From assembly GCA_049700835.1 (NCBI GenBank), contig JBNAUL010000003.1, positions 9,775 through 73,774 of the forward strand: a DNA stretch of 64,000 bases, given 5' to 3'. Made by a program: the position numbers and the translations under genes. Of this stretch, positions 19,254 through 28,810 are shown one piece after another. The notes under the pieces were generated by a model. The model searched no databases. It was not told where the DNA came from and saw only the letters and a program-made list of their open reading frames with translations. This stretch comes from Candidatus Woesearchaeota archaeon (GTDB lineage: Archaea > Nanobdellota > Nanobdellia > Woesearchaeales > WAPY01). How positions within the stretch are numbered: the first letter of the stretch is position 1; every line of letters begins with the position of its first letter.

Positions 19254-20348
19254 TTATTTTAAATGCAGCTGCACAATGTCCTTGTCCTTTAAAACATAAT
19301 CAAGCCCAACCTTTTGTCCTGGAAATTTTGCAGAGCCCCATATCCTTGCAAACCTAAATCTCTGAATAAAACCAGAATGGATTTTAAGACAGAGTTCTCT
19401 TATGTTGCTGTTGTTCTTTAGTATTATTGGTTCGTTCAAATCAGGTTTTTGCCCTTGTTTTTTTAAGTAAACCCTTATGAGATTTGTTTTTTCAAATATT
19501 TTGTTTTTAAGAACATCAAGGTTTATCTTTTTTTCAGCAGAAATTAGCAATGCATCATTCTTTTTTATGAATTCCTTAAATTGCTCAGAATTAAGTTCCT
19601 CTTGGCTCAGCAAATCTGATTTATTGATAACAACAATCATTGGAAGATAAACCCTGTTGGCATAAACAGCGTCTATTATGTCCTCAACATCAATGTTCTC
19701 TCTTATGAGGACATCAGCATTTATTACCTTTAACTCCTTTAGAACCTCTTCAATCGTTTTTTTGTTTATGCTTAATGGAACTGTTGAAGCTATGCTTATC
19801 CCGCCGTAAGGTTTTTTTGTAATCTTTATGTCAGGTTTTTTCTTATTGACAACTATTCCTGCTTCCTTTAGTTCTTTAAGTATTGTGTTTAACTGTTCAA
19901 GTTTCTTTGAATCAATAAGAACTATTATCAAATCGCAGCTCCTTATGATGCTCAAAACCTCTCTGCCTCTTCCTGCTCCATAAGAAGCGCCTGAGATTAT
20001 TCCAGGAATATCTATTATCTGTATCTTTGCATTATTGTATTCCAAAATTCCTGGAACGCAGTTCAAGGTTGTAAAGTCATAATCTCCTACTTTTGAGTTT
20101 GCATTGGTTATCTTGTTGAGCAAGGTTGACTTTCCAACAGAAGGGAATCCAAGCAGGACAGCAGCTGCGTCTCCTGTTTTCTTTATTGAAAAACCGAATT
20201 TTTCACCTGATGATTTTGCTTTTTCAAGCTCTTTTTTTGTTCTTGCTATCTTTGCCTTTAACAGCCCAATCGCGTGTTCTGTTCTTTTATTGTATTTTGT
20301 TTTGCTCAATTCCTCTTTCAATGCTTTTAGTTCTTCTAAACTAGCCAT
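19254..20348 (-). CDS. DRG/Rbg-family OBG GTPase with TGS domain
   Basis: NKRTEHAIGLLKAK, GFPSVGKST, YDFTTL, DIPGII, NKSD, ARIWGSAKFPGQKVG; GGAGG RBS before ATG 20348. Confidence 0.95.
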   Translation of the reverse strand: MASLEELKALKEELSKTKYNKRTEHAIGLLKAKIARTKKELEKAKSSGEKFGFSIKKTGDAAAVLLGFPSVGKSTLLNKITNANSKVGDYDFTTLNCVPGILEYNNAKIQIIDIPGIISGASYGAGRGREVLSIIRSCDLIIVLIDSKKLEQLNTILKELKEAGIVVNKKKPDIKITKKPYGGISIASTVPLSINKKTIEEVLKELKVINADVLIRENIDVEDIIDAVYANRVYLPMIVVINKSDLLSQEELNSEQFKEFIKKNDALLISAEKKINLDVLKNKIFEKTNLIRVYLKKQGQKPDLNEPIILKNNSNIRELCLKIHSGFIQRFRFARIWGSAKFPGQKVGLDYVLKDKDIVQLHLK

Positions 20349-20563
20349 CAGAGGCCCTCCTAACAAATGCTTAAATGTTTTGCAAACGCTTTAAGCAATG
20401 CTTTAATCAATTCTTTGCCTTTTGCAATCTCTTGCTTACTCTTACTTATTTCTTGATTATTTTTTATTTTTAATATTAAATTTTTGTTTATTAAACTTTT
20501 TATAAAAATCTTTTGTTGTTTTGAAACTAAAGATTTATAAACCATTATTTTAACTATCAGAAT

Positions 20564-21358
20564 ATGAATAATATAAGCATAGAGTTAATAAATACCACTG
20601 TCAATGCTACTCAGGGCTATTTTTTAAGAATTACAGAAAGGTATCTTTCCCCATTAATAGGGCTTTTTATAGGATTGATAATAGGAAAACTTGCGGGTTA
20701 TTTTCTAAAAAAGCTCTTGCACTACTTTAATTTAAACAAATTCCTAAAGAAGAGGTTTAACAAGGACTTTCTTGCAGAAGAATCAATATCATTATTTATA
20801 TCATTTGTTATATATTTTCTAACAATTATTTTGGTTTTAAGCAAATTGAATATCATTAAAAGTATAATAACAATAATAATCATTGGAATAATTCTTTTAT
20901 TCCTTATCTCAACAGTGCTTGCATTCAAGGACTTTGTGCCAAATATAAGCTCAGGAATGCTGATAAGGAACAAAAAACTGATAAAGTTGAAGGATGTTGT
21001 TAAAATAGGAGACATAAAAGGCAGGGTTGTAAAGATCGATTTGTTGGAAACAATACTAATTGGAGAAAATCAGGAAGTAATAAGAATTCCAAACTCAACA
21101 GTCATAGCCTCAAGCATAGTGAAATTCAGCAATGGAAGCAATGGCAAGGAAGCAAAAGAGAAAAAAAGAGTTAAAAATAAAGAAAATGAAGAATCAACAA
21201 AAAAGCATGTTGCTAAAAATGAGAAAAGATCAAAAAAGAGAAGCGAAAGCAAAGAAGAAAAGGAAATAAAAGAAAAAGAAGAAAGTAAAAAATTAGATAA
21301 GGAAAAGAAAGAGGAAATAAGTTTTGAAGAAGATAAAAAACGAGGCAAAGAACATTAA
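20564..21358 (+). CDS. Small-conductance mechanosensitive channel (MscS family), K/E-rich tail
   Basis: TM helices, LAFKDFVPNISSG, DVVKIGDIKGRVVKIDLLET, IRIPNS. Confidence 0.85.
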   Translation: MNNISIELINTTVNATQGYFLRITERYLSPLIGLFIGLIIGKLAGYFLKKLLHYFNLNKFLKKRFNKDFLAEESISLFISFVIYFLTIILVLSKLNIIKSIITIIIIGIILLFLISTVLAFKDFVPNISSGMLIRNKKLIKLKDVVKIGDIKGRVVKIDLLETILIGENQEVIRIPNSTVIASSIVKFSNGSNGKEAKEKKRVKNKENEESTKKHVAKNEKRSKKRSESKEEKEIKEKEESKKLDKEKKEEISFEEDKKRGKEH

Positions 21359-21532
21359 CAACAGATTGATTTCTGATTTTCAAAGTTCTGAAACAAAAAC
21401 TGAAAAGGAAAACAAGGAACAAGGTATTGAATTTGAACACTTAGAATAATGCAAATATGTGCATTACATTGCAGATAAAATTGCAAGGTCATCAAACCTG
21501 AAAAGATTTTGCCGAGTTAACTGAGTTAAGGT

Positions 21533-22107
21533 TTATGAAACAGCGTGTTTTCTATATAATTTTTTATATTCTAATCTTAACATGCCAAATTTTAATTCAT
21601 TGTGCCATTTACCATATCTGTACCTGCACTCCCTGATTATACCTTCTAATTTAAAACCGCATTTTTCTAATACTCTCTTTGATGAAATATTTTCCTCAAA
21701 TAAATTAGCATAAACCCTATGAAGTTTTAATTTATCAAAAGCAAATTTAAGCATTAATGCAACGGCTTCTGTAGTAAAACCTTTCTTCCAATAATTCTTT
21801 CCAAGCCAATAGCTATTTCTGCATTTTTGTTTTTATAATTGACTTGCATCAAACTCATAGAACCAATAACTTTGTTTTCAGATTTTAAAACAATGCCAAA
21901 AGAGTATTCTTTCTTATTCTTAATTCTAAAATGCGTTTTCTGTATACATTTTATTGCATCCTATTTTTTGTATGGCCAAGAAATGTTTAAAGTCTATTTA
22001 ACCATCTCTTTATCCTTCAAATTCTTACAGATATCCTCAACATCAAAAAGTTTTAACTTTCTTAAAATTATTCTTTTACCACATATTTCAAGTTTTTGTT
22101 AGGCCAT
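21533..22107 (-). pseudogene. RimJ/RimL-type GNAT acetyltransferase pseudogene
   Basis: Conceptual translation MA*QKLEICGKRIILRKL...VK*TLNISWPYKK*DA...KNAEI/(G)YWLGKNYWKKGFTTEAV...NISSKRVLEKCGFKLEG. Stops at 22099-22101, 21994-21996 and 21961-21963; frameshift near 21812. Confidence 0.88.
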
Positions 22108-22313
22108 AAAACATCTCTATGTCTAAAAAACTTGTGCTTGTTTTTATGCTCTCTGAATTTTTAATGCCTTTTCTTTGCTTTTTGCTTGCTTTGTCTTTGT
22201 ATTACGCTTGACAACTTACTTTTATTTCATAAAAATTTCAGTAAAACAACAGGATATAACATGCTATAGTATACTATAAATTTTAACCATCAATCTAAAA
22301 TATTTTTATTTTG

Positions 22314-22559
22314 TTAAGTTAGTTTTTCAAGCATTGAAGCAATGTCCCAAAGCTGAGTTCTTGTGTAGCTTTGAACATTGGAATCATCGTTTAGATCTTC
22401 TAGAATATTCAGTGCTTTATAACTTGCAACGCAGACATCCTTTTCTTCTTTTAGAGTTTTTATCATGTTTATTATTACTGATTTTACATTCTTTGGAATC
22501 GTGGTGTCGTTTAGCATCTCTTCAAGGAGTTCTATTATCCTTTTAAGTTCAGAGTTCAT
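22314..22559 (-). CDS. UPF0147 family protein
   Basis: DTTIPKNVK...LEDLNDDSNVQSYTRTQLWDIASMLE. Confidence 0.9.
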   Translation of the reverse strand: MNSELKRIIELLEEMLNDTTIPKNVKSVIINMIKTLKEEKDVCVASYKALNILEDLNDDSNVQSYTRTQLWDIASMLEKLT

Positions 22560-22640
22560 TTTTCATCACCAGCTCAGCGTTGTTTGTTAATTTGTTTATT
22601 ACTCATTCAGGCATTCACAGGTTTTTGTTCAATACTTTTG

Positions 22641-22961
22641 TTACTTTTTCATTATCTCGTCCTGAAGATTTTTCATCTTTTGCGTTATGTTTTCTTCTTG
22701 TTTTTCAATTGATTTTATTCTAAGTTCAATGAGTTCATTCTCTTCTTTAAGTTCCTTTTTTAGTTTTTCCTTCTCAGAAAGAAGCATTATGTTTCCTATT
22801 ATTTTGTAGGCCTCGTTTGTCTTTTCAAGCTCGCTCAGCGCGAGTTCAATCTCCATTTTTCTTGCCTGAAAACTCTGCTTTTGAGCATTAAGAGTTTGCC
22901 TGCTTTGCTCTAATATTTGCAGTTTTTCAATCTTTTCCTCATCTTCTTTTGTGACATTCAT
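22641..22961 (-). CDS. pfdB: Prefoldin beta subunit
   Basis: Coiled coils flanking ALSELE...AYKIIGNIML hairpin; conserved position after rpoP. Confidence 0.9.
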   Translation of the reverse strand: MNVTKEDEEKIEKLQILEQSRQTLNAQKQSFQARKMEIELALSELEKTNEAYKIIGNIMLLSEKEKLKKELKEENELIELRIKSIEKQEENITQKMKNLQDEIMKK

Positions 22962-22986
22962 CTTATGAGCTCGGATTGCAACCTTT

Positions 22987-23124
22987 TCATCTTGCTTTGA
23001 CTTTGGTTGAAATCTGCCTTTTTTTTATTAGAATCTTGCTGCCGCAATAAGGGCATCTTATTCTTCTCCTGAATTCAAGATCAGATATCTTTTTTCCGCA
23101 ATTGAAACAAACATATTCTACCAT
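22987..23124 (-). CDS. rpoP: DNA-directed RNA polymerase subunit P (Rpo12)
   Basis: Not in ORF track; 45 aa MVEYVCFNCGKKISDLEFRRRIRCPYCGSKILIKKRQISTKVKAR; GGTGGG RBS. Confidence 0.93.
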   Translation of the reverse strand: MVEYVCFNCGKKISDLEFRRRIRCPYCGSKILIKKRQISTKVKAR

Positions 23125-23184
23125 AAAAACCCACCGCTTTAAAAAAATAATTTATTGTAGGATTATTTTATTTGATTATTTTGT

Positions 23185-23409
23185 TTATTTTTCTCTCTTT
23201 AAAGAGTAAGCGCCAGCAGTAAACTTTACTTTGCACTTTTGGCACTGCCAAATACCTGGAGCTATTCTCTTAACTTTTTTGTAATGGCAGTAAGGGCAAG
23301 TTCTCCTTACTCTGTAACCTGCTTCTGCCTTTGCAAACCTTTCCTTTACAGTCCTTCCATACCTTGCTCCAAATCTCTTGTAGGATGCCAATTCTTTACT
23401 TACTTTCAT
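23185..23409 (-). CDS. rpl37ae: 50S ribosomal protein L37Ae (eL43)
   Basis: RFGARYG, CPYC, GIWQCQKC, FTAGAY. Confidence 0.95.
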   Translation of the reverse strand: MKVSKELASYKRFGARYGRTVKERFAKAEAGYRVRRTCPYCHYKKVKRIAPGIWQCQKCKVKFTAGAYSLKREK

Positions 23410-23537
23410 TTTCAAAAAAGTATTTTGCTTTTATTTTAAAAAACTTTTGTTTTTTAAGGTGTTTTAACGCGTTTTTAAATCTTTTTGTTTTTTTAGAAAG
23501 TTTTATAAAAAATCATTTTCTAATAAGAATTAAGAGC

Positions 23538-24242
23538 ATGAAAAAAACAAAACCAAGAATCTTTATTGTAGTGCCTGCTTACAATGAGAAAAAATCAATA
23601 ACTAAAGTTCTAAAAAGTTTGAAATCAAAGGGTTACAATAATATAATTGTGGTTGATGATGGTTCAAGAGATAAAACTTATTCTCTTGCCAAGAGAGAGC
23701 ATGTTGTTGTTTTAAAGCACAGGATAAATAGAGGCTTGGGAGGGGCTTTGAACACAGGAATAACTGCTGCTTTAAAATTAGGCGCTGATATAATAGTTAC
23801 CTTTGATGCTGATGGACAGCACTCTGTTTATGACATTCCAAAAATGACAGAACCAATAATAAGAGGAGAAGCTGATTTTGTCGTAGGTTCAAGATTCTTA
23901 AATGAGCCATTGTTTGCTCACAAAAAATTGATTGTAAAGATAAGAAGATTGGGTATTTTTGTTCTAAATATTTTAACCTTTATGCTTTACGGAATAAGAA
24001 CAACCGATTCCCAATCAGGCTTTAGGGCTTTTTCAAGAGAAGCAGCTTCAAAGATAAAAATTACTGCCAACAGAATGGAGGTTTCCTCAGAGTTTTTCAG
24101 AGAAGTAAAGGAAAGTAATTTAAGGTACAAAGAAGCTCCTATAAGAACAATATACACAGAATACTCTCTTAAAAAGGGTCAGAGATTGCTCAATGGTTTC
24201 AAAATAATTTTAAAGTTAATCTTTAGGAAGATTGTTGATTGA
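23538..24242 (+). CDS. GT2 glycosyltransferase (polyprenol-phosphate glycosyltransferase-like)
   Basis: VVPAYNE, VVDDGSRD, NRGLGGAL, TFDADGQH, DSQSGFRAF; ATG 23538. Confidence 0.92.
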   Translation: MKKTKPRIFIVVPAYNEKKSITKVLKSLKSKGYNNIIVVDDGSRDKTYSLAKREHVVVLKHRINRGLGGALNTGITAALKLGADIIVTFDADGQHSVYDIPKMTEPIIRGEADFVVGSRFLNEPLFAHKKLIVKIRRLGIFVLNILTFMLYGIRTTDSQSGFRAFSREAASKIKITANRMEVSSEFFREVKESNLRYKEAPIRTIYTEYSLKKGQRLLNGFKIILKLIFRKIVD

Positions 24243-24349
24243 TTTTTAGATTTAAAAAACAAAATATTTTTAAAAACAAAAATTAAAAACTTAAAAACAA
24301 CACAAAAAAGGAGGTGTTTAAATAACTGTTATAAGAGTAAAGAAAATAA

Positions 24350-24700
24350 ATGTTTTTTTCTCTTGCAAAAATTTATGCTGCAATAAGTTTTGGTTCGGTT
24401 CTTATCCTTCTAATTCCTTATTTAATTTCAGCTTCTTTAATTTCTTCTACTGAGAAAGGTGTAGATTCATTTCTTGAAGTTCAAGGAATGAGTCATGATC
24501 AAAAACCTCTTAATACCGCAACCATTCTTTTAACTTTTATTTTTTATCTTATCGCTTCCCCAATAGCAGGTTTTATAATCGGTTTAATACAAGGGGTGCT
24601 TTATAATTTATTTTCAAATCTTATTGGAGGTTTGAAGTTAGATTTGGAACAAGTAGAAACTGAAGTTGATAGGCCGTTAGGCACAGAACCAACTCAATAA
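24350..24700 (+). CDS. Small membrane protein (DUF3566-like), possibly frameshifted at 5' end
   Basis: Two TM segments, SLAKIYA...GFIIGLIQGVLYNLFSNLIGGLKLDLE; upstream frame supplies ...RVKKINVF. Confidence 0.6.
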   Translation: MFFSLAKIYAAISFGSVLILLIPYLISASLISSTEKGVDSFLEVQGMSHDQKPLNTATILLTFIFYLIASPIAGFIIGLIQGVLYNLFSNLIGGLKLDLEQVETEVDRPLGTEPTQ

Positions 24701-24777
24701 TCTCATTTGATTTTTATTTTTTTTATGTTCTTTTTTTATTTTTATTATTTTTATCTATTTTAATTATATTTATTATT

Positions 24778-25857
24778 TTAATTATTCAGTTTTGTACTTA
24801 AAATTTTTATAATTCTTTCTGCTGCTTTTCCATCTCCAAAAGGATTCTTCCAATTTCTCTTTCTTTTAAGCATTGTTCTTGCAGATTTTAGCATTTTCTT
24901 AGGATTAGTTCCTGCGAGAATATTAGCTCCAACCTCAATTGTTTCCAGCCTTTCAGTGTTTTCTCTCAAAGTAACGCAGGGCACTCTTAAAACGCAACTC
25001 TCTTCTTGAACTCCTCCAGAATCAGTTAATACTATTTTAGCATTCTCTTCAAGCTTTAAAAAATCAATATAACCAACAGGTTCTATTAGTTCAATTCCCC
25101 CTGGTATTTTTATTTTAAACCTTTCAAGGTTCTTCCTTGTCCTTGGATGTATTGGATAAACAATTTTTAAACCAAACTCTTTGTTTATCATTTCCAAACC
25201 TTTAATTATTCCTTTCAATCTCTCCTTGAAATCAACATTTTCAAATCTGTGAGCAGTCAAAAGAGCATAGAAATCTTTTTTTAATCCCAATTTTTTAATT
25301 ATACTTGATCTTTCTGCTAATCTTGAGTTTTGGATAACAGCATCAACTATTGTGTTTCCAGTAACAAAAACATTGCTTTTAATTCCTTCTTGCTCTAATA
25401 TTTTCTTTGCCTTTTTTGTCGGAGCAAACAAGAAATCAGAGCAGTGGTCTGTTAGAATTCTATTTATTTCTTCTGGCATAAACCTAAAATAACTTCTCAA
25501 ACCTGCTTCAACATGCCCAACTTTAATGTGGAGTTTTGAAGCTGCTAAAGCGCCTGCAAGAACAGTGTTGGTATCACCTTCAACCAAAACAACATCTGTT
25601 CTTTCTTTCAACAAAACATTTTCTATTCTTTCAAGAGCCCTTGCTGTTTGTTCTGCTTGCGTTCCAGAACCAACCTCTAAATTATAATCTGCTTCTGGAA
25701 GCTTTAGCTCTTTGAAAAAAATTTTATCCATATTATAACTGTAATGCTGTCCTGTGTGAACAACATAAAAATCGATATTTTGTTTTTTGCAAGCCCTAAT
25801 AATAGGACTCATTTTTATAATTTCAGGTCTAGTTCCCAAGATGATGCATGTTCTCAT
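24778..25857 (-). CDS. wecB: UDP-N-acetylglucosamine 2-epimerase (non-hydrolysing)
   Basis: GTRPEIIKM, HTGQHY, GDTNTVLAG, HVEAGLRS, PEEINR, TDSGGVQEE, NPFGDG. Confidence 0.95.
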   Translation of the reverse strand: MRTCIILGTRPEIIKMSPIIRACKKQNIDFYVVHTGQHYSYNMDKIFFKELKLPEADYNLEVGSGTQAEQTARALERIENVLLKERTDVVLVEGDTNTVLAGALAASKLHIKVGHVEAGLRSYFRFMPEEINRILTDHCSDFLFAPTKKAKKILEQEGIKSNVFVTGNTIVDAVIQNSRLAERSSIIKKLGLKKDFYALLTAHRFENVDFKERLKGIIKGLEMINKEFGLKIVYPIHPRTRKNLERFKIKIPGGIELIEPVGYIDFLKLEENAKIVLTDSGGVQEESCVLRVPCVTLRENTERLETIEVGANILAGTNPKKMLKSARTMLKRKRNWKNPFGDGKAAERIIKILSTKLNN

Positions 25858-25888
25858 TATAGCAACTCTAATTATGATTCCCTTTTGC

Positions 25889-26626
25889 TCAATCCTTGCC
25901 AAACCATCTGTAAAAAAACAATTTTATTATTGTTGGCGCATAAGTTTTTAATGCCTTAATGTAGTTGAATTTTGAAACCCCTTTTTTCCTTACATCAAGT
26001 ATTATTGGAATTTCCTTAAACCTTAAACCCTTCTTTAATATCTTAACGCTTATTTCTAAAGGAGTTTCAAACCTTTTACTCTGTAGGTTTAATTCCTTAA
26101 TTATTCTTTTATTATAAGCCCTAAATCCAGAAGTCATATCTCTTATTCTTGAAAGAAATATTATTCTAAAAATAACAAAACCTCCTATAAAGCTTATAAC
26201 TCTCCTAAAAAAAGGAACTCCTCTATAACCCCCTCCTTTAATGTATCTTGAACCAATTACGACATCATAGCCCTGCTTTATTAAATTTGCCATTTCTTCT
26301 ATTTTGTCAAGCGGGTGGGTTAAATCAGCATCCATGTTCACTATAATTTCTGAGGAAGCATTGTTGAAACCCGTGTTTAAAGCAGCACCCATTCCCATGT
26401 TTTTTTCGTGATTTATCAATCTCAAATTAGAATATTTACTCATTAATTTTTCAACAATCTTTTTTGTATTATCAGCAGAACCATCATTAACTATTAACAA
26501 TTCAAAATTCTTATTTTTAAAATAATTTTCTATTGCATTTATTGTTTCTTCAATTACTTCCTCTTCATTCCAAGCAGGAATTACTATTGTAAAATCAAAT
26601 TTTTTTGTTTTAAGCTTAGCAGGCAT
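25889..26626 (-). CDS. GT2 glycosyltransferase (DPM1-like)
   Basis: VIPAWNEE, VNDGSAD, MDADLTHP, GSRY, DMTSGFRAY. Confidence 0.92.
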   Translation of the reverse strand: MPAKLKTKKFDFTIVIPAWNEEEVIEETINAIENYFKNKNFELLIVNDGSADNTKKIVEKLMSKYSNLRLINHEKNMGMGAALNTGFNNASSEIIVNMDADLTHPLDKIEEMANLIKQGYDVVIGSRYIKGGGYRGVPFFRRVISFIGGFVIFRIIFLSRIRDMTSGFRAYNKRIIKELNLQSKRFETPLEISVKILKKGLRFKEIPIILDVRKKGVSKFNYIKALKTYAPTIIKLFFYRWFGKD

Positions 26627-26741
26627 CTTAGCACCTTATTTTTCCTTTTTTTTATTTTTTTATTTTTTTCTATTTTTGTTCTTTTGTTTTTCGCCTTTTC
26701 ACGTTTTTATATTTTTATTAAAATCTTAAAAAATAATAATT

Positions 26742-28544
26742 TTATGTTATTTTATAAAATCCAAAATATGTTATGTTTTGATAACTCACTGCTCTTATTT
26801 GGCTTAAATTCAATTTTATTTCATTAGGCTTGATAGCAAGGATTCTAAACTTAGGAGCATCTTCAGCAGCGACATTTAACCTTGCATAAACCTCTTTCAC
26901 TTCAATCCCGTTTTGTTCTAAATAATCTTTGTAATCCAAGCTTGTTCTTAAACAACTATAAGAATACTCTGAATACATTTCGTCTGATAGATTCTCCCAG
27001 TATTGAAGGCAAGCGTAAATATTCTGCAGAGCATAAAAATCGTAGTAAAAGTATTTTATATTATATTTGCTTAACAGTTTTCTTCTCAAAGATTCATTGT
27101 TTCCGTACAAAATGATGGCAGCGTCTGCTTCTCTCTTGTTGGCATCAACAAAAGTGCTTGCATGAGTTCTCCTTAAAAATAAAACCTTTCTGCCTGTTAG
27201 AGCATTTATTGCAAAAGATGTTTCTCCATGAGGAGTTATTATTACCTCATCTTTGTTTGTGTTTTGAATAATGAAATTAGCTATTTCAAATTGAGCTTTT
27301 GTCAGGTCATCATAACTAAAGCCGATTTTTGACCACCTATCTTTCTTGAAATTGTTTATTTCAATAAAAAATCCACCTGCAACCAAAAGAGAAGAAAAAA
27401 TTAAAACGCCAATTTTATAAATCATTTCCTTATTAAACTTGTATATTAAATATACTCCTGAAAATGCAAGAATGCTTCTCAATAGAATGAAATTAACATT
27501 AAATGCAAAATAACCGAAAGAGGTTTTTATTAATGGTTGTGTTATTATAGGATGAATTAGTCCTAAAAATCCTGTCAAAAATAATATTTTTATTAATGAA
27601 TTTCTTTCGCTCTTGAAAGCAAATAAAGATAATATCCCTGCAATAACTAACAAGCTAATTATAGATTGATAAAAATTTTGAAAATTAAAAAAATAGTTCT
27701 TTAATGCATCAGAAATTATGCTTAAATTTCCTGAAGGACTGTAATAAATATACTCTTGCCACGGATTTAGGGTTTTTCCGTGATAATAAATGATTAGCGG
27801 AGCCCAATAAAGCAGCGCAATAGGAATTCCAACCAAAAAGATAATTAAATATTTTTTCGCTGTGTTAAAAAACAATCTTAAAGAAATCATTTTTTTTGAT
27901 TTCTTAAACTCGATTTTTTTGTTATTTGTGGTTTCATATAAAAACAATAACACTAAAAACAAAGATATACCCAAAAAAGCAGCAACATGGCTTAAACCGC
28001 TTACGCCTAAAAAAATTCCTGCAAGAATTATATTTATGAAATCAGCCTTGTTTTTCAGTTGGTTGTTGAATATGAGATAAAAACTTATTGGTTGTAACAA
28101 TATCACAACATATTTAAAAAATGATGTTGGAACGCTGGCTGGAATTCCTAAAGCATAACTTATTGCAAACAATAACGCAATTGTTTTGTCTTTGAACAAA
28201 AATCTTCCAAGAATATAAGAAAGAATGATTGAAAAGGCAACAATCGCAAGCGGGAACAGAATTGCTGCTTTTAGTATGCTTATAAAAAATATTTTTGAGA
28301 ACAAAAAGATTAAAACATAGAGCAACCATGGATAGTGCTGCCATTCATTCAAGTAATGGTTGCTCTTAAAAACAGAACCTCCATAGTAAATGTGCAGGAC
28401 ATTTCCAAAATGATAGTAAACATCTCCACCATACAGTGGGCCTGGAAGTTGTTTTAAGTCCTTTAAAATCTGAAATTCATAAACAAGTATTATTAACAAA
28501 AGAAAAATAAGAGCATAATCCTGCCAATCAAGTTTTTTGCCCAA
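26742..28544 (-). CDS. Multi-pass membrane protein, probable GT-C-fold glycosyltransferase
   Basis: First loop GPLYGGDVYYH, ~12 TM, C-terminal external domain with LLSKYNIKYFY; lies between aglB and GT2 genes; TTG start after GGGGTGA RBS. Confidence 0.65.
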   Translation of the reverse strand: MGKKLDWQDYALIFLLLIILVYEFQILKDLKQLPGPLYGGDVYYHFGNVLHIYYGGSVFKSNHYLNEWQHYPWLLYVLIFLFSKIFFISILKAAILFPLAIVAFSIILSYILGRFLFKDKTIALLFAISYALGIPASVPTSFFKYVVILLQPISFYLIFNNQLKNKADFINIILAGIFLGVSGLSHVAAFLGISLFLVLLFLYETTNNKKIEFKKSKKMISLRLFFNTAKKYLIIFLVGIPIALLYWAPLIIYYHGKTLNPWQEYIYYSPSGNLSIISDALKNYFFNFQNFYQSIISLLVIAGILSLFAFKSERNSLIKILFLTGFLGLIHPIITQPLIKTSFGYFAFNVNFILLRSILAFSGVYLIYKFNKEMIYKIGVLIFSSLLVAGGFFIEINNFKKDRWSKIGFSYDDLTKAQFEIANFIIQNTNKDEVIITPHGETSFAINALTGRKVLFLRRTHASTFVDANKREADAAIILYGNNESLRRKLLSKYNIKYFYYDFYALQNIYACLQYWENLSDEMYSEYSYSCLRTSLDYKDYLEQNGIEVKEVYARLNVAAEDAPKFRILAIKPNEIKLNLSQIRAVSYQNITYFGFYKIT

Positions 28545-28810
28545 AAAATCACCCCTAAAAATGCCGGCTTTTATCTTGTTTTTATTTTAAACACAAATAA
28601 AGTAACTCAAAGCATTTTGTTCTTTTAATTGCTTAAAAAACTTTTTTTTATGCTTATTAATCTGACTATTTCCTATCTTTAGATTATATTTATCTTTTTG
28701 CTATTGCACATAAAAAACGATTTTAATCATCAATCTTATACAGCTAAATTTTATTTATTTTACTTTCTTATTTTATTATTTTAAATTTCATTCTATTTTT
28801 AATTTTATTT

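Noticed and set aside
21961-22101. Stop-codon reassignment (TAG readthrough) in the GNAT gene
   Set aside because: Also contains a TAA and a frameshift; TAG is a normal stop in other genes (e.g. 860, 45120)
22265-22278. 14-bp palindrome TATAGTATACTATA
   Set aside because: Single AT-rich occurrence with no supporting context
23331-23537. N-terminal extension of GT2 ORF from TTG 23331
   Set aside because: Overlaps rpl37ae and the divergent promoter; the domain begins right after ATG 23538
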